Virus record (IMG/VR): IMGVR_UViG_3300025131_000017
Span: 1 to 64,000 of that record
Direction: 5' to 3' (one strand)
Origin: a virus
DNA: 64,000 nt
This document shows positions 9,345-19,401 of this stretch, piece by piece. The position numbers were made by a program, and so were the translations under genes. Position 1 is the first letter of the stretch. Every line of letters begins with the position of its first letter. Under the pieces are notes generated by a model that had not been told where the DNA came from, searched no databases, and saw only the letters and a list, made by a program, of their open reading frames with translations.

Positions 9345-12300
9345 CTATCTATTATACCCCTTTTTAACCTTTTTTGTATCTTCTTCCTCTTCGATTCTTT
9401 CTAACAACTCACGTATTTGCATTCTATCATCATGAGGATTAATAACTTTTGAAATAAATAAATCTAAGGATTTGTTTACAGTTTTATCAGATTGACTCCA
9501 TCCTTTACCATAATTACCTTCCTTACCATAGGTGGCTTTAAAGTTTTTCAATGCACTTCCAATTTTACCTGTAATTTTTTCTGATGTTGCTGCCCCCTTT
9601 TTTTTACCTGCTTGATAAGCAGCACTAATTCCACCATCCGGAGATGTAGGAGCTAATTTCCCAGAGTTAGAGTCAAACCCTTTTAACTTCGTTACACCCA
9701 CACCTTTCTCATTATGTTTATCTAAGGCAGCCCCTAGATTTTGTTTTAAAGCATTCCCCGTTAATTTAGAGTAATGTGCTCCAACACCTTTAGGTTTTTC
9801 CCCATTTCCAATGGCATGTAAGTTTTTATCTCCATGTAGAACAAATTGACTTCCAGAATTATTTCCATGTTCATCAAGTGCAAAAGGAGCTCCAGCTTTG
9901 TTTGTATGTGCTCCATTCACTATGGATGCATTTCCTTCCCCATGTCCTCCATGAATACCATCTAATGTATCCTTTAATATCCAATGCCTTGTTTCTTCAT
10001 GCCATACATATCCTTCTGCCATTTTTTTAGCAGCAACTTCTGGGTCTGGTGGACCACTCTTAGGTGTATCATCTTCATGTGCCTCTAAGTGTTTCATATT
10101 AAATCCAGAGTCTTCTAAAGCTTTCTTAGCTTTATCCATTCCTTTTTTATCACCTATAACTTTTGCTGCTTTATAATTTTTAAGTTGTTCTTTTTCAAGC
10201 GGACCAAGATGTTTTAATGGGTGAACATCGTGTGAAGGTTCACCATCGTATTCAACATTTTTCTTTCCTGCGTATGCTTTTATACTTTCGTCATCCTCAC
10301 CATAATGGTTTGCAGCACCTTGATTAAATGCATGTTCTAATGTTTTAGCATGTTCCCCTTCACCAGAAATAATATCATCGTGTAATGCATGTGCTGTATG
10401 TAAATCTTTCATATCATTTAAGGTTTGTTTCAAATGTTCAGGATTCCCAAAATCATCTCCTAAATTATCATAGTCTTGTGCAATTTTTCCAAAATCTGCC
10501 CCATGTTCCTTAGCGTTCATCAAATTATCTTCTAATTTCTTCTTGGCTGCAGCATTCATGTGTTCATCATTTAATTTTTTATGAACTATTAATTCTAAAG
10601 CCTTATGTGTGGCTTCAGCATTTCCTATTTTATTTATAGGGTTATCATTTTTATCTGTTTTTATTGGTGGAATGTCATGTGGTAATACATTTGCATCCAC
10701 TTTCTTTTGTTTTAATTCATCAGCAGCAATTTTAGCTTGTGTTTTTTGTTCTTCTAATTTTGATTTGTTCTCAGCTTTAATTTTATCTTCCTTTTCTTTA
10801 GTAGCTGCTTTTTCTTTATCTGATTTAGCTTTAAGAGCATCTTTAGCTTTTTGTTTTTGTTTATTTACAATTTCTGAAATAACATGTTGTTTGTATGCAC
10901 TATCTAATTCATTTGGATTATCGTCTAAGTGGTCTGAATATATTTGTGCCTCTTCAGAACTAATATCATCACCAAACAAAGATTCCATAACTTTAGCTTT
11001 CTTAGTATCACTAGAAGTTTTAGGTTGTTTTGTTGGGGTAGTAGTTTGGGTTTGTTCAGGCTCTGGAGTTGTATCTGTTATAGATGAAGCATCAACTACT
11101 TCAACATTGTCTTCTATTTGTTGTGCTACATCGGAAGGAATAATATCTACTCCCTGAGCACTAGATGGAGCTGAATCATTTATATATTCAAAAGCATGTC
11201 CATGATGTTGTGGGTCAAGGAAATCTTTTACATATTTAGATGTTTGTTCAACACTATTAAAAGATGGGTTATCTCCTGTTATTCCACTTGCTGCCATATA
11301 TGCTTCTGCTATAGCGTCACTAGCATCTATTTTTGCCCCCGCACTAGCATCTCCACTACCCATAATAACATTGTATTTTGTAAGAGCATCTGTTAATGCA
11401 TTTCCTGTGTCTGGTTGTGTAGGTACATCAATAGCTTCAGATGTGTCATCTATCACATCTTGTGATGTAGGTACTGCTCCACCTTCAGGCATTTTTCCAG
11501 CAATTTGTGCTGCTATTTCATCCCATTTTCCTTTACCTGCAATATTTTCACCATAATTATCACCAGCAATTTTCTTAGCAAGTTCTTCATTAAGAGTAGG
11601 ATTTTGTAATCCATGATGGTCAATAATCTTTTCCATTCCCGGACCACTTACAACACCATGGGTTTCAGCATTATATACATCCTTTGTAGTTAATAATCCT
11701 TTATCGTACATATCATCTATTAGCGCTTGACCTATAGGGGTAAACTGTCCAAACTCATTTGTTATTCCATGCATTACGCCTAATGAGTGAGCTGAGTGCT
11801 TAGCAACTTTTTTCTCACCAAATTTTGATGCTCCTTCTCTACCCCAAGAACCAAATGCTACGTGAGGTTTACCTATACTATCTGATGTAATAGGTACTGT
11901 TTTAAGTTTTTTAGTTGCTTCTTTAAATGCTGATGTATCTTCTTCAATATCATTATCTATTTCAGCTTGCTTTGCATCTGCAGCTTGTTCGTCTTTTTCT
12001 GTTGGTTGTCCTTGTAAATGAATTATAGCATTCATTATTTCTGCTGTTGAGTGTGCTGATAATCCATCTTTTAAAATAGTATCATCTTCGTCAGTAGGAT
12101 TTTCTCCATTTATATAAGAACCATATATTCTTCCATCTGATTTATCAGGAAATGGATTAAACATATCACTTGCATGAGAAGAAGTAATTTTTAATTTTTG
12201 TGTACCACCAAATCCTACTGTCATATCTTTTCCCCAAGAAGTGTTTTGTAAGGCTTCATTTATACTGTCTTCAGTTGCGGCTACATTTAATCCTGTCTTA

Positions 12301-13010
12301 GTATTTGTACCATAAAAACCTGAATGGTCAGGTTTATATGCTTCTGGTTTATATGGTTTGGGGGGAGGAATACTATGACCAAACTCACTTTTTTTAAAAT
12401 TAGGATGATTTTGTAAGGTACTTTTCATACCGGGAGTAAACCCCACTTCTCCAGCCCACTTCTCGTCTTTAAATAGTTTACTTATTATATCAAAGTGCCA
12501 ATGTTCATCTTCAAAGAACGAAGCCTCACCAGCAGCAGGAGCACTTGATTGCCCTTTCTGTGCATTAGCTAGAGAAGAAAGTAATGGTTTTACTTGTGCT
12601 GTAGTTATACCCCCATCTAGAAGAGCTTTAAAAAGGGTTGTTCCATTTTCTCCTAAATTCTTAAGCATTGTGTTATACTGTGGTTTAATTGTTAAGGCTT
12701 CCATAGAATGGTCATCGTTATTTAAATTCAGTTCTTCAGAAAGTGTTCCTTTAACAATATCTTGAATAATAGATATAGTTCCACCCTCCATTGTTTTACC
12801 AATGCTTTTAATGTGGTTGGCAAGTGCCTTTAAATTAGATTTGGGTTCATCGTCTTGAGTTGCTAAAGATAAGGCTTGAACATTATTCATGAATTGTCTA
12901 GCTCTATGTTGAGCCTCTGCCCCAGCAGCCTCTTCTCGTGTTTGCCCAGCCCCTATTTCTAAGTCTGGGTCTTTAACAAGTGTATTATATATGTCTTGTG
13001 CGGTTGGCAT
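9345..13010 (-). CDS. Large hypothetical protein, candidate internal virion protein
   Basis: 1221-aa ORF with GGAG RBS; His/Asp/Lys-rich; no recognisable catalytic motif. Confidence 0.7.
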   Translation of the reverse strand: MPTAQDIYNTLVKDPDLEIGAGQTREEAAGAEAQHRARQFMNNVQALSLATQDDEPKSNLKALANHIKSIGKTMEGGTISIIQDIVKGTLSEELNLNNDDHSMEALTIKPQYNTMLKNLGENGTTLFKALLDGGITTAQVKPLLSSLANAQKGQSSAPAAGEASFFEDEHWHFDIISKLFKDEKWAGEVGFTPGMKSTLQNHPNFKKSEFGHSIPPPKPYKPEAYKPDHSGFYGTNTKTGLNVAATEDSINEALQNTSWGKDMTVGFGGTQKLKITSSHASDMFNPFPDKSDGRIYGSYINGENPTDEDDTILKDGLSAHSTAEIMNAIIHLQGQPTEKDEQAADAKQAEIDNDIEEDTSAFKEATKKLKTVPITSDSIGKPHVAFGSWGREGASKFGEKKVAKHSAHSLGVMHGITNEFGQFTPIGQALIDDMYDKGLLTTKDVYNAETHGVVSGPGMEKIIDHHGLQNPTLNEELAKKIAGDNYGENIAGKGKWDEIAAQIAGKMPEGGAVPTSQDVIDDTSEAIDVPTQPDTGNALTDALTKYNVIMGSGDASAGAKIDASDAIAEAYMAASGITGDNPSFNSVEQTSKYVKDFLDPQHHGHAFEYINDSAPSSAQGVDIIPSDVAQQIEDNVEVVDASSITDTTPEPEQTQTTTPTKQPKTSSDTKKAKVMESLFGDDISSEEAQIYSDHLDDNPNELDSAYKQHVISEIVNKQKQKAKDALKAKSDKEKAATKEKEDKIKAENKSKLEEQKTQAKIAADELKQKKVDANVLPHDIPPIKTDKNDNPINKIGNAEATHKALELIVHKKLNDEHMNAAAKKKLEDNLMNAKEHGADFGKIAQDYDNLGDDFGNPEHLKQTLNDMKDLHTAHALHDDIISGEGEHAKTLEHAFNQGAANHYGEDDESIKAYAGKKNVEYDGEPSHDVHPLKHLGPLEKEQLKNYKAAKVIGDKKGMDKAKKALEDSGFNMKHLEAHEDDTPKSGPPDPEVAAKKMAEGYVWHEETRHWILKDTLDGIHGGHGEGNASIVNGAHTNKAGAPFALDEHGNNSGSQFVLHGDKNLHAIGNGEKPKGVGAHYSKLTGNALKQNLGAALDKHNEKGVGVTKLKGFDSNSGKLAPTSPDGGISAAYQAGKKKGAATSEKITGKIGSALKNFKATYGKEGNYGKGWSQSDKTVNKSLDLFISKVINPHDDRMQIRELLERIEEEEDTKKVKKGYNR

Positions 13011-13049
13011 AAATCTCCACTAATAATCAATGCTATATATTATTATACT

Positions 13050-13499
13050 TTAACATTCCCAATTTATAGTGGAAATTCTTTCTTGTGGTTCTTTCTTTAT
13101 ATTATCTTCAGTTTTTTTAACTTCTAACCACCATTTAGTTTTGTTTTTTGTTCCCCCATAATAAGGAATAGCATGTCCTTCAGAAACAAGTAGGGCGTTT
13201 AGGTCTACCCCATCAGCAAAAAGAGTCCCCAAGATTCTTCCATATTTTCCTCGTGCTTTTTTGTCGATTTGTGTTCTAAGGATGAGTGTTTCAGCCCCCT
13301 CCAAAAGTTCTTTAAGTCTAGCTTTTGCAGCAAGTCCATATTTTTTTTCCTCTAAGTCTCTAGTTCTAGATTCTGGGGTATTTAATCCGAGTAGTCTAAT
13401 TCTTTGTTTCTTTAACATGACATCAAATCCTAATGCAATGTCTACATCTATAGTATCCCCATCTACAACCCTATCTAATTCAAATTTATATTCGTACAT
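13050..13499 (-). CDS. Thermonuclease (staphylococcal nuclease-like)
   Basis: RVVDGDTIDV, RIRLLGLNTPE, GKYGRILG and LVSEGHA motifs of the SNase family. Confidence 0.9.
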   Translation of the reverse strand: MYEYKFELDRVVDGDTIDVDIALGFDVMLKKQRIRLLGLNTPESRTRDLEEKKYGLAAKARLKELLEGAETLILRTQIDKKARGKYGRILGTLFADGVDLNALLVSEGHAIPYYGGTKNKTKWWLEVKKTEDNIKKEPQERISTINWEC

Positions 13500-13503
13500 A
13501 TAT

Positions 13504-13638
13504 TCACCTTTTACTAACCTTTACTCCTTTGCGTTCATTTTTTCTTGCTCTGATTACACAAGGATAACATTGTGTTCTATCAGATTTTTTATGAACTTTA
13601 GCTCCACAGGTACACCTAAGCCATGTTCTTCTAGCCAT
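13504..13638 (-). CDS. Small basic Cys-rich (zinc-finger-like) protein, 44 aa
   Basis: Hand translation MARRTWLRCTCGAKVHKKSDRTQCYPCVIRARK...; fills the gap between two minus-strand genes. Confidence 0.45.
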   Translation of the reverse strand: MARRTWLRCTCGAKVHKKSDRTQCYPCVIRARKNERKGVKVSKR

Positions 13639-13640
13639 GA

Positions 13641-13835
13641 CTACGGAGTAGATGTTGTCGGTTCTGATATTGATACTTCTACATTATCGGTTACATTCCA
13701 ATTTGCACCCTGTACAGCAGATGTTATTGTAAATTCCTTAGTAGCAAAACCATTACCGGCACCAGTTAAAGTGCCAAGAAATATTTCCAAAGATTTCTTA
13801 AAAATCTTACCTAGATGTGGTTTTTTTATTTTCAT
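13641..13835 (-). CDS. Hypothetical protein
   Basis: 64-aa ORF in operon context. Confidence 0.5.
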   Translation of the reverse strand: MKIKKPHLGKIFKKSLEIFLGTLTGAGNGFATKEFTITSAVQGANWNVTDNVEVSISEPTTSTP

Positions 13836-13855
13836 GTTTTTGCCCCCATGAATAT

Positions 13856-16800
13856 TTATTCAGTTTTATAAAAATCCTCTAACTCCTTAAATTGTTTATC
13901 AATTCTTGCTCTTTCCTCCTTAGATTCCTTTATTCTGCCACTAGCAGAAGGTTCATCTAGGAAAATGTCAATTCCATAATCTTCGTCATTATCTGACGCT
14001 TTCAATAAAGAAGTGGAGTTTTGAATCTCCTCTAAACTATTATACTTAACTCCATGATTTTTTGTGACCCATTTTAAGGCATTATCTCTTCGTCTTTTTA
14101 AAGTCTCAATCATATGAGATTTACTTCGTGCAGAAATTCGTGAATCTATAACTAAATCTTCTATTACAGAATCCTTCATCTGAATTAATTTATCAGTAGC
14201 GGTTTGCCATTTATCTTTCATTCCGTCTCCACCACCGAAAACATGTGCGGTTGTGGGGTTAACATTTTCATCCAAGAATTTATCTAACTCTGGCAAGTAA
14301 TCCTGTTTCCAATCGTGGAAGTTGTCCTTTTTTCCACTTAAACCCTTGTGTTCTAATGCACCACCTTGGTCGAGTCTATAAAATTTACCTTCGTGTTCTA
14401 ATATGTTTCCATAAGGTTTTTCACTTCCTGCCCCAATAACATCATGATTGGCTAATACAGCATCAACTAAGAAACCATCCTTTATATCAGGTTGGTCTTG
14501 TAGTGCTTCAGTACCTTGATGGTATTTACCACCTGATAACCATTTTGATTTTAAAGCAGTTTTGTCTTTCCATGTAACAAGTTCTGTTTCAGGAACATTA
14601 AAACCTAATTTCTTATAAAATTGGTTTGCTAATTGTTCTGAAGCATGTTTGTCTTCATGGTCGTTCTTAACATAAAAATTATTTCCTTGTGAATCTTTGT
14701 ATGTTCCACCGGGATTTGTTCCTAACTTTCCAGCAGGAACTTCATCACTAGTAGTTATAGGAGTTAATGTTTCATGATAATCTTGTGATGGATTCGTAAG
14801 TCCTTTAGCCAGAATATCACCAAAAATATTTGTGGGAAATAATCCATTAGTGTCAGGACCTTTTGTCCAATCTCCCTTATAGGTTTTTGCTTTATCAAAA
14901 TATTTAGATTCATAATTACCATCATAAATAAGTCTAGATTCTGAGTCGGGGTTATTTAAAACTACTAATTCCCCTTCGTGATGGTGATTATTTCCTGCTT
15001 TTGCTGCTGCATCTCCATAAAGAGCTGGGTGCATAACTATATCTCTTTTATTTAATTTTCTTACAACACCATAGGCACCATTCCATTTCCTTGGGTCAAC
15101 TGTATAACCAGAAAGAGGTGCAGAGTGAGGATTAACTTTTACTCCTTCACCTGTCTTCTCTGCCTTGTCTATCAGTTTGTCAAGGGCTTCTTCTGTCATA
15201 GGTGTCCCGTGAGAACCAAAATCTCCAGTAACTTCTCTAACTGAATCCATTTTTCTTATGGCATAAAAATGACTTGTGTCTGGATAAACTTCATTCAAAA
15301 CACTATTAGTTAGTTTCTGAGCATGTTCTAAATATGTTTGGCAGAATTTTTCTCCTGTTTTAATTTTTGATAACAACTCTCCGTTTTCATCTTGAAAGGT
15401 TTTCTTTTGTTCATCAGGCATCTTATCGTAATCTTTGTGAATACGGTCACCTATATCTTGATAGTTATTTTCTGCATGGTCAGTAGCTAGTTTCTTGTTA
15501 CCTTCATTGGACACTTCCATTTTTACTGATATCGAATCTCTCATATGTCTAAATTTCCATGCATCTTTAACTGTTGCTTCACCACCTTTTTTGTCAGGAA
15601 CTTTAAAAGAAACTTTATTTTCAAAATCAATAATTTCTCCATCAGACAATTTAATATGGTAGGGAGGGTTTGTACCATCACCCTCTATTTTGTCTAGCCC
15701 TTCAGTTTTAAATTTCTGGTAGGCTTCAACATACGCTTTTTTATCTTCATAACTTCTATAACAATTTTTACCAGAATTATCTACTGATGCTGGAGTAACT
15801 TCTGAAAAATTAAAAGTATTAGGTATATTAAACATCTTACCGGCTTGTTCATTTAAAAGATTGGGTTCTGCCCGAAATTTAAGGGCATCTGCCTTCCACC
15901 CGGTGAGGAATTGGGAGTGGAGGTCACTAAATTCTTTTGTACCATATTTCTTATCTAACAGATTCATGTAATCAGACGACATTGAATTGACAGTTGAGTC
16001 AGCTTTAAAATCAGAAGGGTGAATTATTGCCCACTCTAATGCTTCAAAAGCAACTGAATACTTAGGGTTTGTAGAAAAATCGTCTGGAAATTCTCCATGT
16101 TCAGACAAATGTTCTAACATTGAATTAAAAACCTCCTTTTTATCTAGTTTAATTGTTTTAGCGTTTTCAGACACTTGTGCCAAAGTACTAGAAGTTTTAT
16201 TATTGTTGTTATGTTCATTAATTCCTGCAGCAATCGCATCCTTATCCCTTCTGGCAGCATCATTGTCTAACTTATCTAAAGTCTTATATGCTTCGTCTGC
16301 AGACATCCATTTAACATCTGAAGTTTCATCTCCAAGGTCTTTTGATGTTGATTCTACTTCCATAACATAATATTTGTGGTCATTTTTTCCAGACTGATAA
16401 TGTCCGGGGATTTCTGCGGTAACCTTACACTTCATCCCTGTTTCTTCTTCAACTTCACGAAGTGCTGCTTGTTCAGGGGTTTCTCCTTCATTTGCCCCAC
16501 CTTTAGCAAGTGTCCATCTATTTCCATAAGCCTCACTACTAGGTTGTCTCATAAGAACACTCCCGTTTTTGGGGTCAATGATTACACCTCCAAATCTAAT
16601 CGATTCATCATCACCTTGTCTACCATGATGTTTTTCATAGATAGAACTATATTTTCGTTGAATAAGTTTTTTATCAACATATTTCCCCTTTTGCTCTCCA
16701 ACATAAACATGTAATTTTAAATCTTGTGGTGTTGAATCTGTGTTAGGAATTTTACCATCTGGAGTTAAATATAATCGTTGCTCTGATGGAAGTTGGTCTA

Positions 16801-16966
16801 ACCCTCCGGGTGCTTGTGGAGTTGCAGAAGGCATACCTGATAATTTACCTTGTTGAGCAGCAAATGGAAGACTACCATCTATTTCAGCTTTGTAAAACTT
16901 TTCTTCTTTGGTATTTTCTTCTTTAGTTAAATCTATCAATCTTTTAATTAATTTATTAGTAGTCAT
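13856..16966 (-). CDS. Multidomain protein: Nudix hydrolase + putative ADP-ribosyltransferase + HipA/PI3K-like kinase domain
   Basis: Nudix box GGANEGETPEQAALREVEEETG; ART-like triad FYAIRK / PLSGYTVD / HEGELVVL; kinase-like LGTNPGG..FYVK..SEQLA..VPET..DAVLANHD..GNIL..RLDQG. Confidence 0.75.
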   Translation of the reverse strand: MTTNKLIKRLIDLTKEENTKEEKFYKAEIDGSLPFAAQQGKLSGMPSATPQAPGGLDQLPSEQRLYLTPDGKIPNTDSTPQDLKLHVYVGEQKGKYVDKKLIQRKYSSIYEKHHGRQGDDESIRFGGVIIDPKNGSVLMRQPSSEAYGNRWTLAKGGANEGETPEQAALREVEEETGMKCKVTAEIPGHYQSGKNDHKYYVMEVESTSKDLGDETSDVKWMSADEAYKTLDKLDNDAARRDKDAIAAGINEHNNNNKTSSTLAQVSENAKTIKLDKKEVFNSMLEHLSEHGEFPDDFSTNPKYSVAFEALEWAIIHPSDFKADSTVNSMSSDYMNLLDKKYGTKEFSDLHSQFLTGWKADALKFRAEPNLLNEQAGKMFNIPNTFNFSEVTPASVDNSGKNCYRSYEDKKAYVEAYQKFKTEGLDKIEGDGTNPPYHIKLSDGEIIDFENKVSFKVPDKKGGEATVKDAWKFRHMRDSISVKMEVSNEGNKKLATDHAENNYQDIGDRIHKDYDKMPDEQKKTFQDENGELLSKIKTGEKFCQTYLEHAQKLTNSVLNEVYPDTSHFYAIRKMDSVREVTGDFGSHGTPMTEEALDKLIDKAEKTGEGVKVNPHSAPLSGYTVDPRKWNGAYGVVRKLNKRDIVMHPALYGDAAAKAGNNHHHEGELVVLNNPDSESRLIYDGNYESKYFDKAKTYKGDWTKGPDTNGLFPTNIFGDILAKGLTNPSQDYHETLTPITTSDEVPAGKLGTNPGGTYKDSQGNNFYVKNDHEDKHASEQLANQFYKKLGFNVPETELVTWKDKTALKSKWLSGGKYHQGTEALQDQPDIKDGFLVDAVLANHDVIGAGSEKPYGNILEHEGKFYRLDQGGALEHKGLSGKKDNFHDWKQDYLPELDKFLDENVNPTTAHVFGGGDGMKDKWQTATDKLIQMKDSVIEDLVIDSRISARSKSHMIETLKRRRDNALKWVTKNHGVKYNSLEEIQNSTSLLKASDNDEDYGIDIFLDEPSASGRIKESKEERARIDKQFKELEDFYKTE

Positions 16967-16980
16967 AATTATATAGGTTT

Positions 16981-17072
16981 CTTTGTTATTAGTTAATTAT
17001 TTATAATCTTTATATAATAATTATATATTATAATATATATTATATATAATATAAGTTATATAGTTTATTATA
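16981..17072. other. Almost pure A/T intergenic tract
   Basis: TATATAATAATTATATATTATAATATATATTATATATAATATAA run. Confidence 0.7.
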
Positions 17073-17456
17073 CTATAGCTTGTCAAGTTCTCGAAGTTTA
17101 CCTTCAACATAATTGACAAATTCTGGAGGGGAAAAAACTAAAGCAAATTTTTCAAGATAATAACGGTCCTTTTGGTTTCTATCATCCACAGCAATACAGT
17201 TATAGGGAACTTTGTAATAAGTTGCTTTAGAATAAAAAGGTAATTTATATTCTTTGAAAAGTGCCTTAGCAATCATTTCTGCATACTTTTTCCCACCATA
17301 TGACCAAATAGATACCCTAAAAAGATTTTTGTCTAACCCTTTTTTCAGTACGTCAATTAAATTATGATTTATTTTAAAATTTCCATAGTATGGTAGATTT
17401 GGGTTTTCCCAAAATATTAATGTCTCATCTACGTCTATATACACTTTTGTAAGCAT
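17073..17456 (-). CDS. HAD-superfamily phosphatase-like protein
   Basis: Motif I VYIDVDETL, motif II WS, motif IV AVDD. Confidence 0.7.
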   Translation of the reverse strand: MLTKVYIDVDETLIFWENPNLPYYGNFKINHNLIDVLKKGLDKNLFRVSIWSYGGKKYAEMIAKALFKEYKLPFYSKATYYKVPYNCIAVDDRNQKDRYYLEKFALVFSPPEFVNYVEGKLRELDKL

Positions 17457-17504
17457 TTCTTCTCCATTTCTTTCATAATTACATTATATACCATCAATGT
17501 AAAT

Positions 17505-17531
17505 TTGACAAAATTCATGGGATGATATAAT
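17505..17531 (+). promoter_or_regulatory. Sigma70-type promoter for the plus-strand block
   Basis: TTGACA then TGaTATAAT (extended -10; spacer is only 15 nt), upstream of an AAGGAG RBS. Confidence 0.5.
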
Positions 17532-17566
17532 CTATCTATATACACAAGTATAAACAAGGAGAAAAA

Positions 17567-18094
17567 ATGATTATTGATTATATAGATACAACAGAAAAAA
17601 TTTCTATACTAGATTTGCTCTATGATAACTGGGAAAATTTGGTAAAAGAGTACGTAGTTGGGAGAGATAGAATGTTCATACTTAAAAAAGATTATTACGA
17701 TTATGAATGTTGCTTAAGGTGTCATTTGATAAAGCAAAACTTTTATTCTGGGTTGTTTGGAATATACTCTTATGATAATTGTATTAAAAATTTGAGAGAA
17801 GATTTATTCAATATTTTAAATGAAAAACAAAATAAAGTGATTTTAGATATTCTTGAATCTAATTTAAAAGATGACTTAGATACTTACTCGTATGAAGATT
17901 TACCAGATTGTTTTGGTGTAGAAGAGTTAATTGATGATGGTATATGTGAAATTGTACATGATAGTAAATCATCACCAATAAACAGGATTAATAATCTCAG
18001 AAAGAGAGTTGGATATATAAGAGAAGAAATTTTAAGTTATCCAGAATATTTTAAAAAGAAAAACAAACAACTATCCAGTAAAGGAATAAAATAA
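17567..18094 (+). CDS. Hypothetical protein
   Basis: AAGGAG RBS, 175-aa ORF. Confidence 0.7.
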   Translation: MIIDYIDTTEKISILDLLYDNWENLVKEYVVGRDRMFILKKDYYDYECCLRCHLIKQNFYSGLFGIYSYDNCIKNLREDLFNILNEKQNKVILDILESNLKDDLDTYSYEDLPDCFGVEELIDDGICEIVHDSKSSPINRINNLRKRVGYIREEILSYPEYFKKKNKQLSSKGIK

Positions 18095-18387
18095 TGATGC
18101 AGAGAAAGATGTGTAGTAACTACGAATGTAGAAACCAAAACGTTGTTGAGGGGTATCAACTAAAAACAATTTATGGAGAAAACAAACATTGGTGTAAAAA
18201 TTGTTTAGTAGACTATACTAAATCAACCATAAAACCAAGCTGGGATAAAGCAATACCACTTTTGACAGATACGAAGATGGAAGAATATTTAGAGGCTCAA
18301 AAAGACGCACGATTTATTTCAGCAGCTGTTAAAGAAAAGGAAGGATATTTTTATTTTCAGAGTAAAATAAATTATAATGAAAAATAA
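18094..18387 (+). CDS. Hypothetical zinc-finger protein
   Basis: CSNYEC...CKNC; translationally coupled to the upstream gene. Confidence 0.6.
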   Translation: MMQRKMCSNYECRNQNVVEGYQLKTIYGENKHWCKNCLVDYTKSTIKPSWDKAIPLLTDTKMEEYLEAQKDARFISAAVKEKEGYFYFQSKINYNEK

Positions 18388-18641
18388 ATGGGAACGCAGA
18401 GATGCGAAAGAACAGAATAAGAAAAACTTTATTTCAGACAATAGAAGGTCTGTACAAATAAGTGCTCGTATGTGGTTAGAACCCAATAAACTAAAACAAG
18501 ATAAAAAGAAAAAATATCGGTAGGGGAGTATAAATAGTAGAATGTTATCCTTAGTAGATAAACTAAATTTAGTAGCTGTCTTTTTTATTGTTCTATTCTT
18601 AATTGCCCTAACTTATCCACCTAATTTTAGAAGGTAAAAGT

Positions 18642-18860
18642 ATGGTAAAGAAAACAAAAATAATACGAATTAATACTACTTATTTGGTAGAAGTTAACGA
18701 TAAAGATTTATCAAATATTAAAAAATATAGTTTAGAAAACTTTTTACTTAATGATTTGCTTTCAAAACGTAAATTAGTAGTTGATGGAAAAAGTACGATG
18801 AGAGAATCATCTGAAGCTGTATGGAAAACTGAAGAAAAGAAACAGGAGGCAGAAGGATAA
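18642..18860 (+). CDS. Hypothetical protein
   Basis: ORF coupled to the next gene (TAATG). Confidence 0.55.
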   Translation: MVKKTKIIRINTTYLVEVNDKDLSNIKKYSLENFLLNDLLSKRKLVVDGKSTMRESSEAVWKTEEKKQEAEG

Positions 18861-19066
18861 TGGCAATAGATAAAGAAGATAAAATATGGAAAATATTTTT
18901 GGAATATAACACCTTAATAGCTACTGAAAGTAAAGAGAGAGGTATGGATATGTATGGTACTGAAATAATCAGTCAAATGGCACTATCTATGACTACAGCA
19001 CATTTTCTTGACCAAGTAGCAACTAGATTGAAAGAAAACAATAAGATAAACTTACGGAAAAACTAA
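18860..19066 (+). CDS. Hypothetical protein
   Basis: TAATG coupling on both sides. Confidence 0.6.
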   Translation: MAIDKEDKIWKIFLEYNTLIATESKERGMDMYGTEIISQMALSMTTAHFLDQVATRLKENNKINLRKN

Positions 19067-19251
19067 TGCCAAATTATTCATATAAGTGTTTAAAATGTGA
19101 CTTAGATGATGTTAAAAGATTTCTTTATAAAATGAATCCTGAAACAGGGCATATAGATTTAAGAGTATGTGAAGATTGTGGGGAACCTGTAGAAAGGGTA
19201 TGGAAGAGACCTTCAGCAGATTGGTACAAGAGTATAAGAAGACCAAGTTAA
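19066..19251 (+). CDS. FmdB-like zinc-ribbon protein
   Basis: MPNYSYKCLKC...CEDCG...ERVW pattern. Confidence 0.75.
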   Translation: MPNYSYKCLKCDLDDVKRFLYKMNPETGHIDLRVCEDCGEPVERVWKRPSADWYKSIRRPS

Positions 19252-19401
19252 TTCCTAAAATAAAGAAACCAAGAAAGAGAAGGAAATAATGGATATTTTA
19301 ACAATTAATATAATCTGGCTACTAGCCCTATTATTTCATAAATTTTATAAGGATGGTATAATAAACAGACAACGACAAAAGATAAGAATGTTGGAGGAAG
19401 T

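Noticed and set aside
13554-13643. TAG readthrough or recoded genetic code after the 64-aa ORF
   Set aside because: Conserved genes are intact in the standard code and several end in TAG; a separate 44-aa Cys-rich ORF explains the gap.
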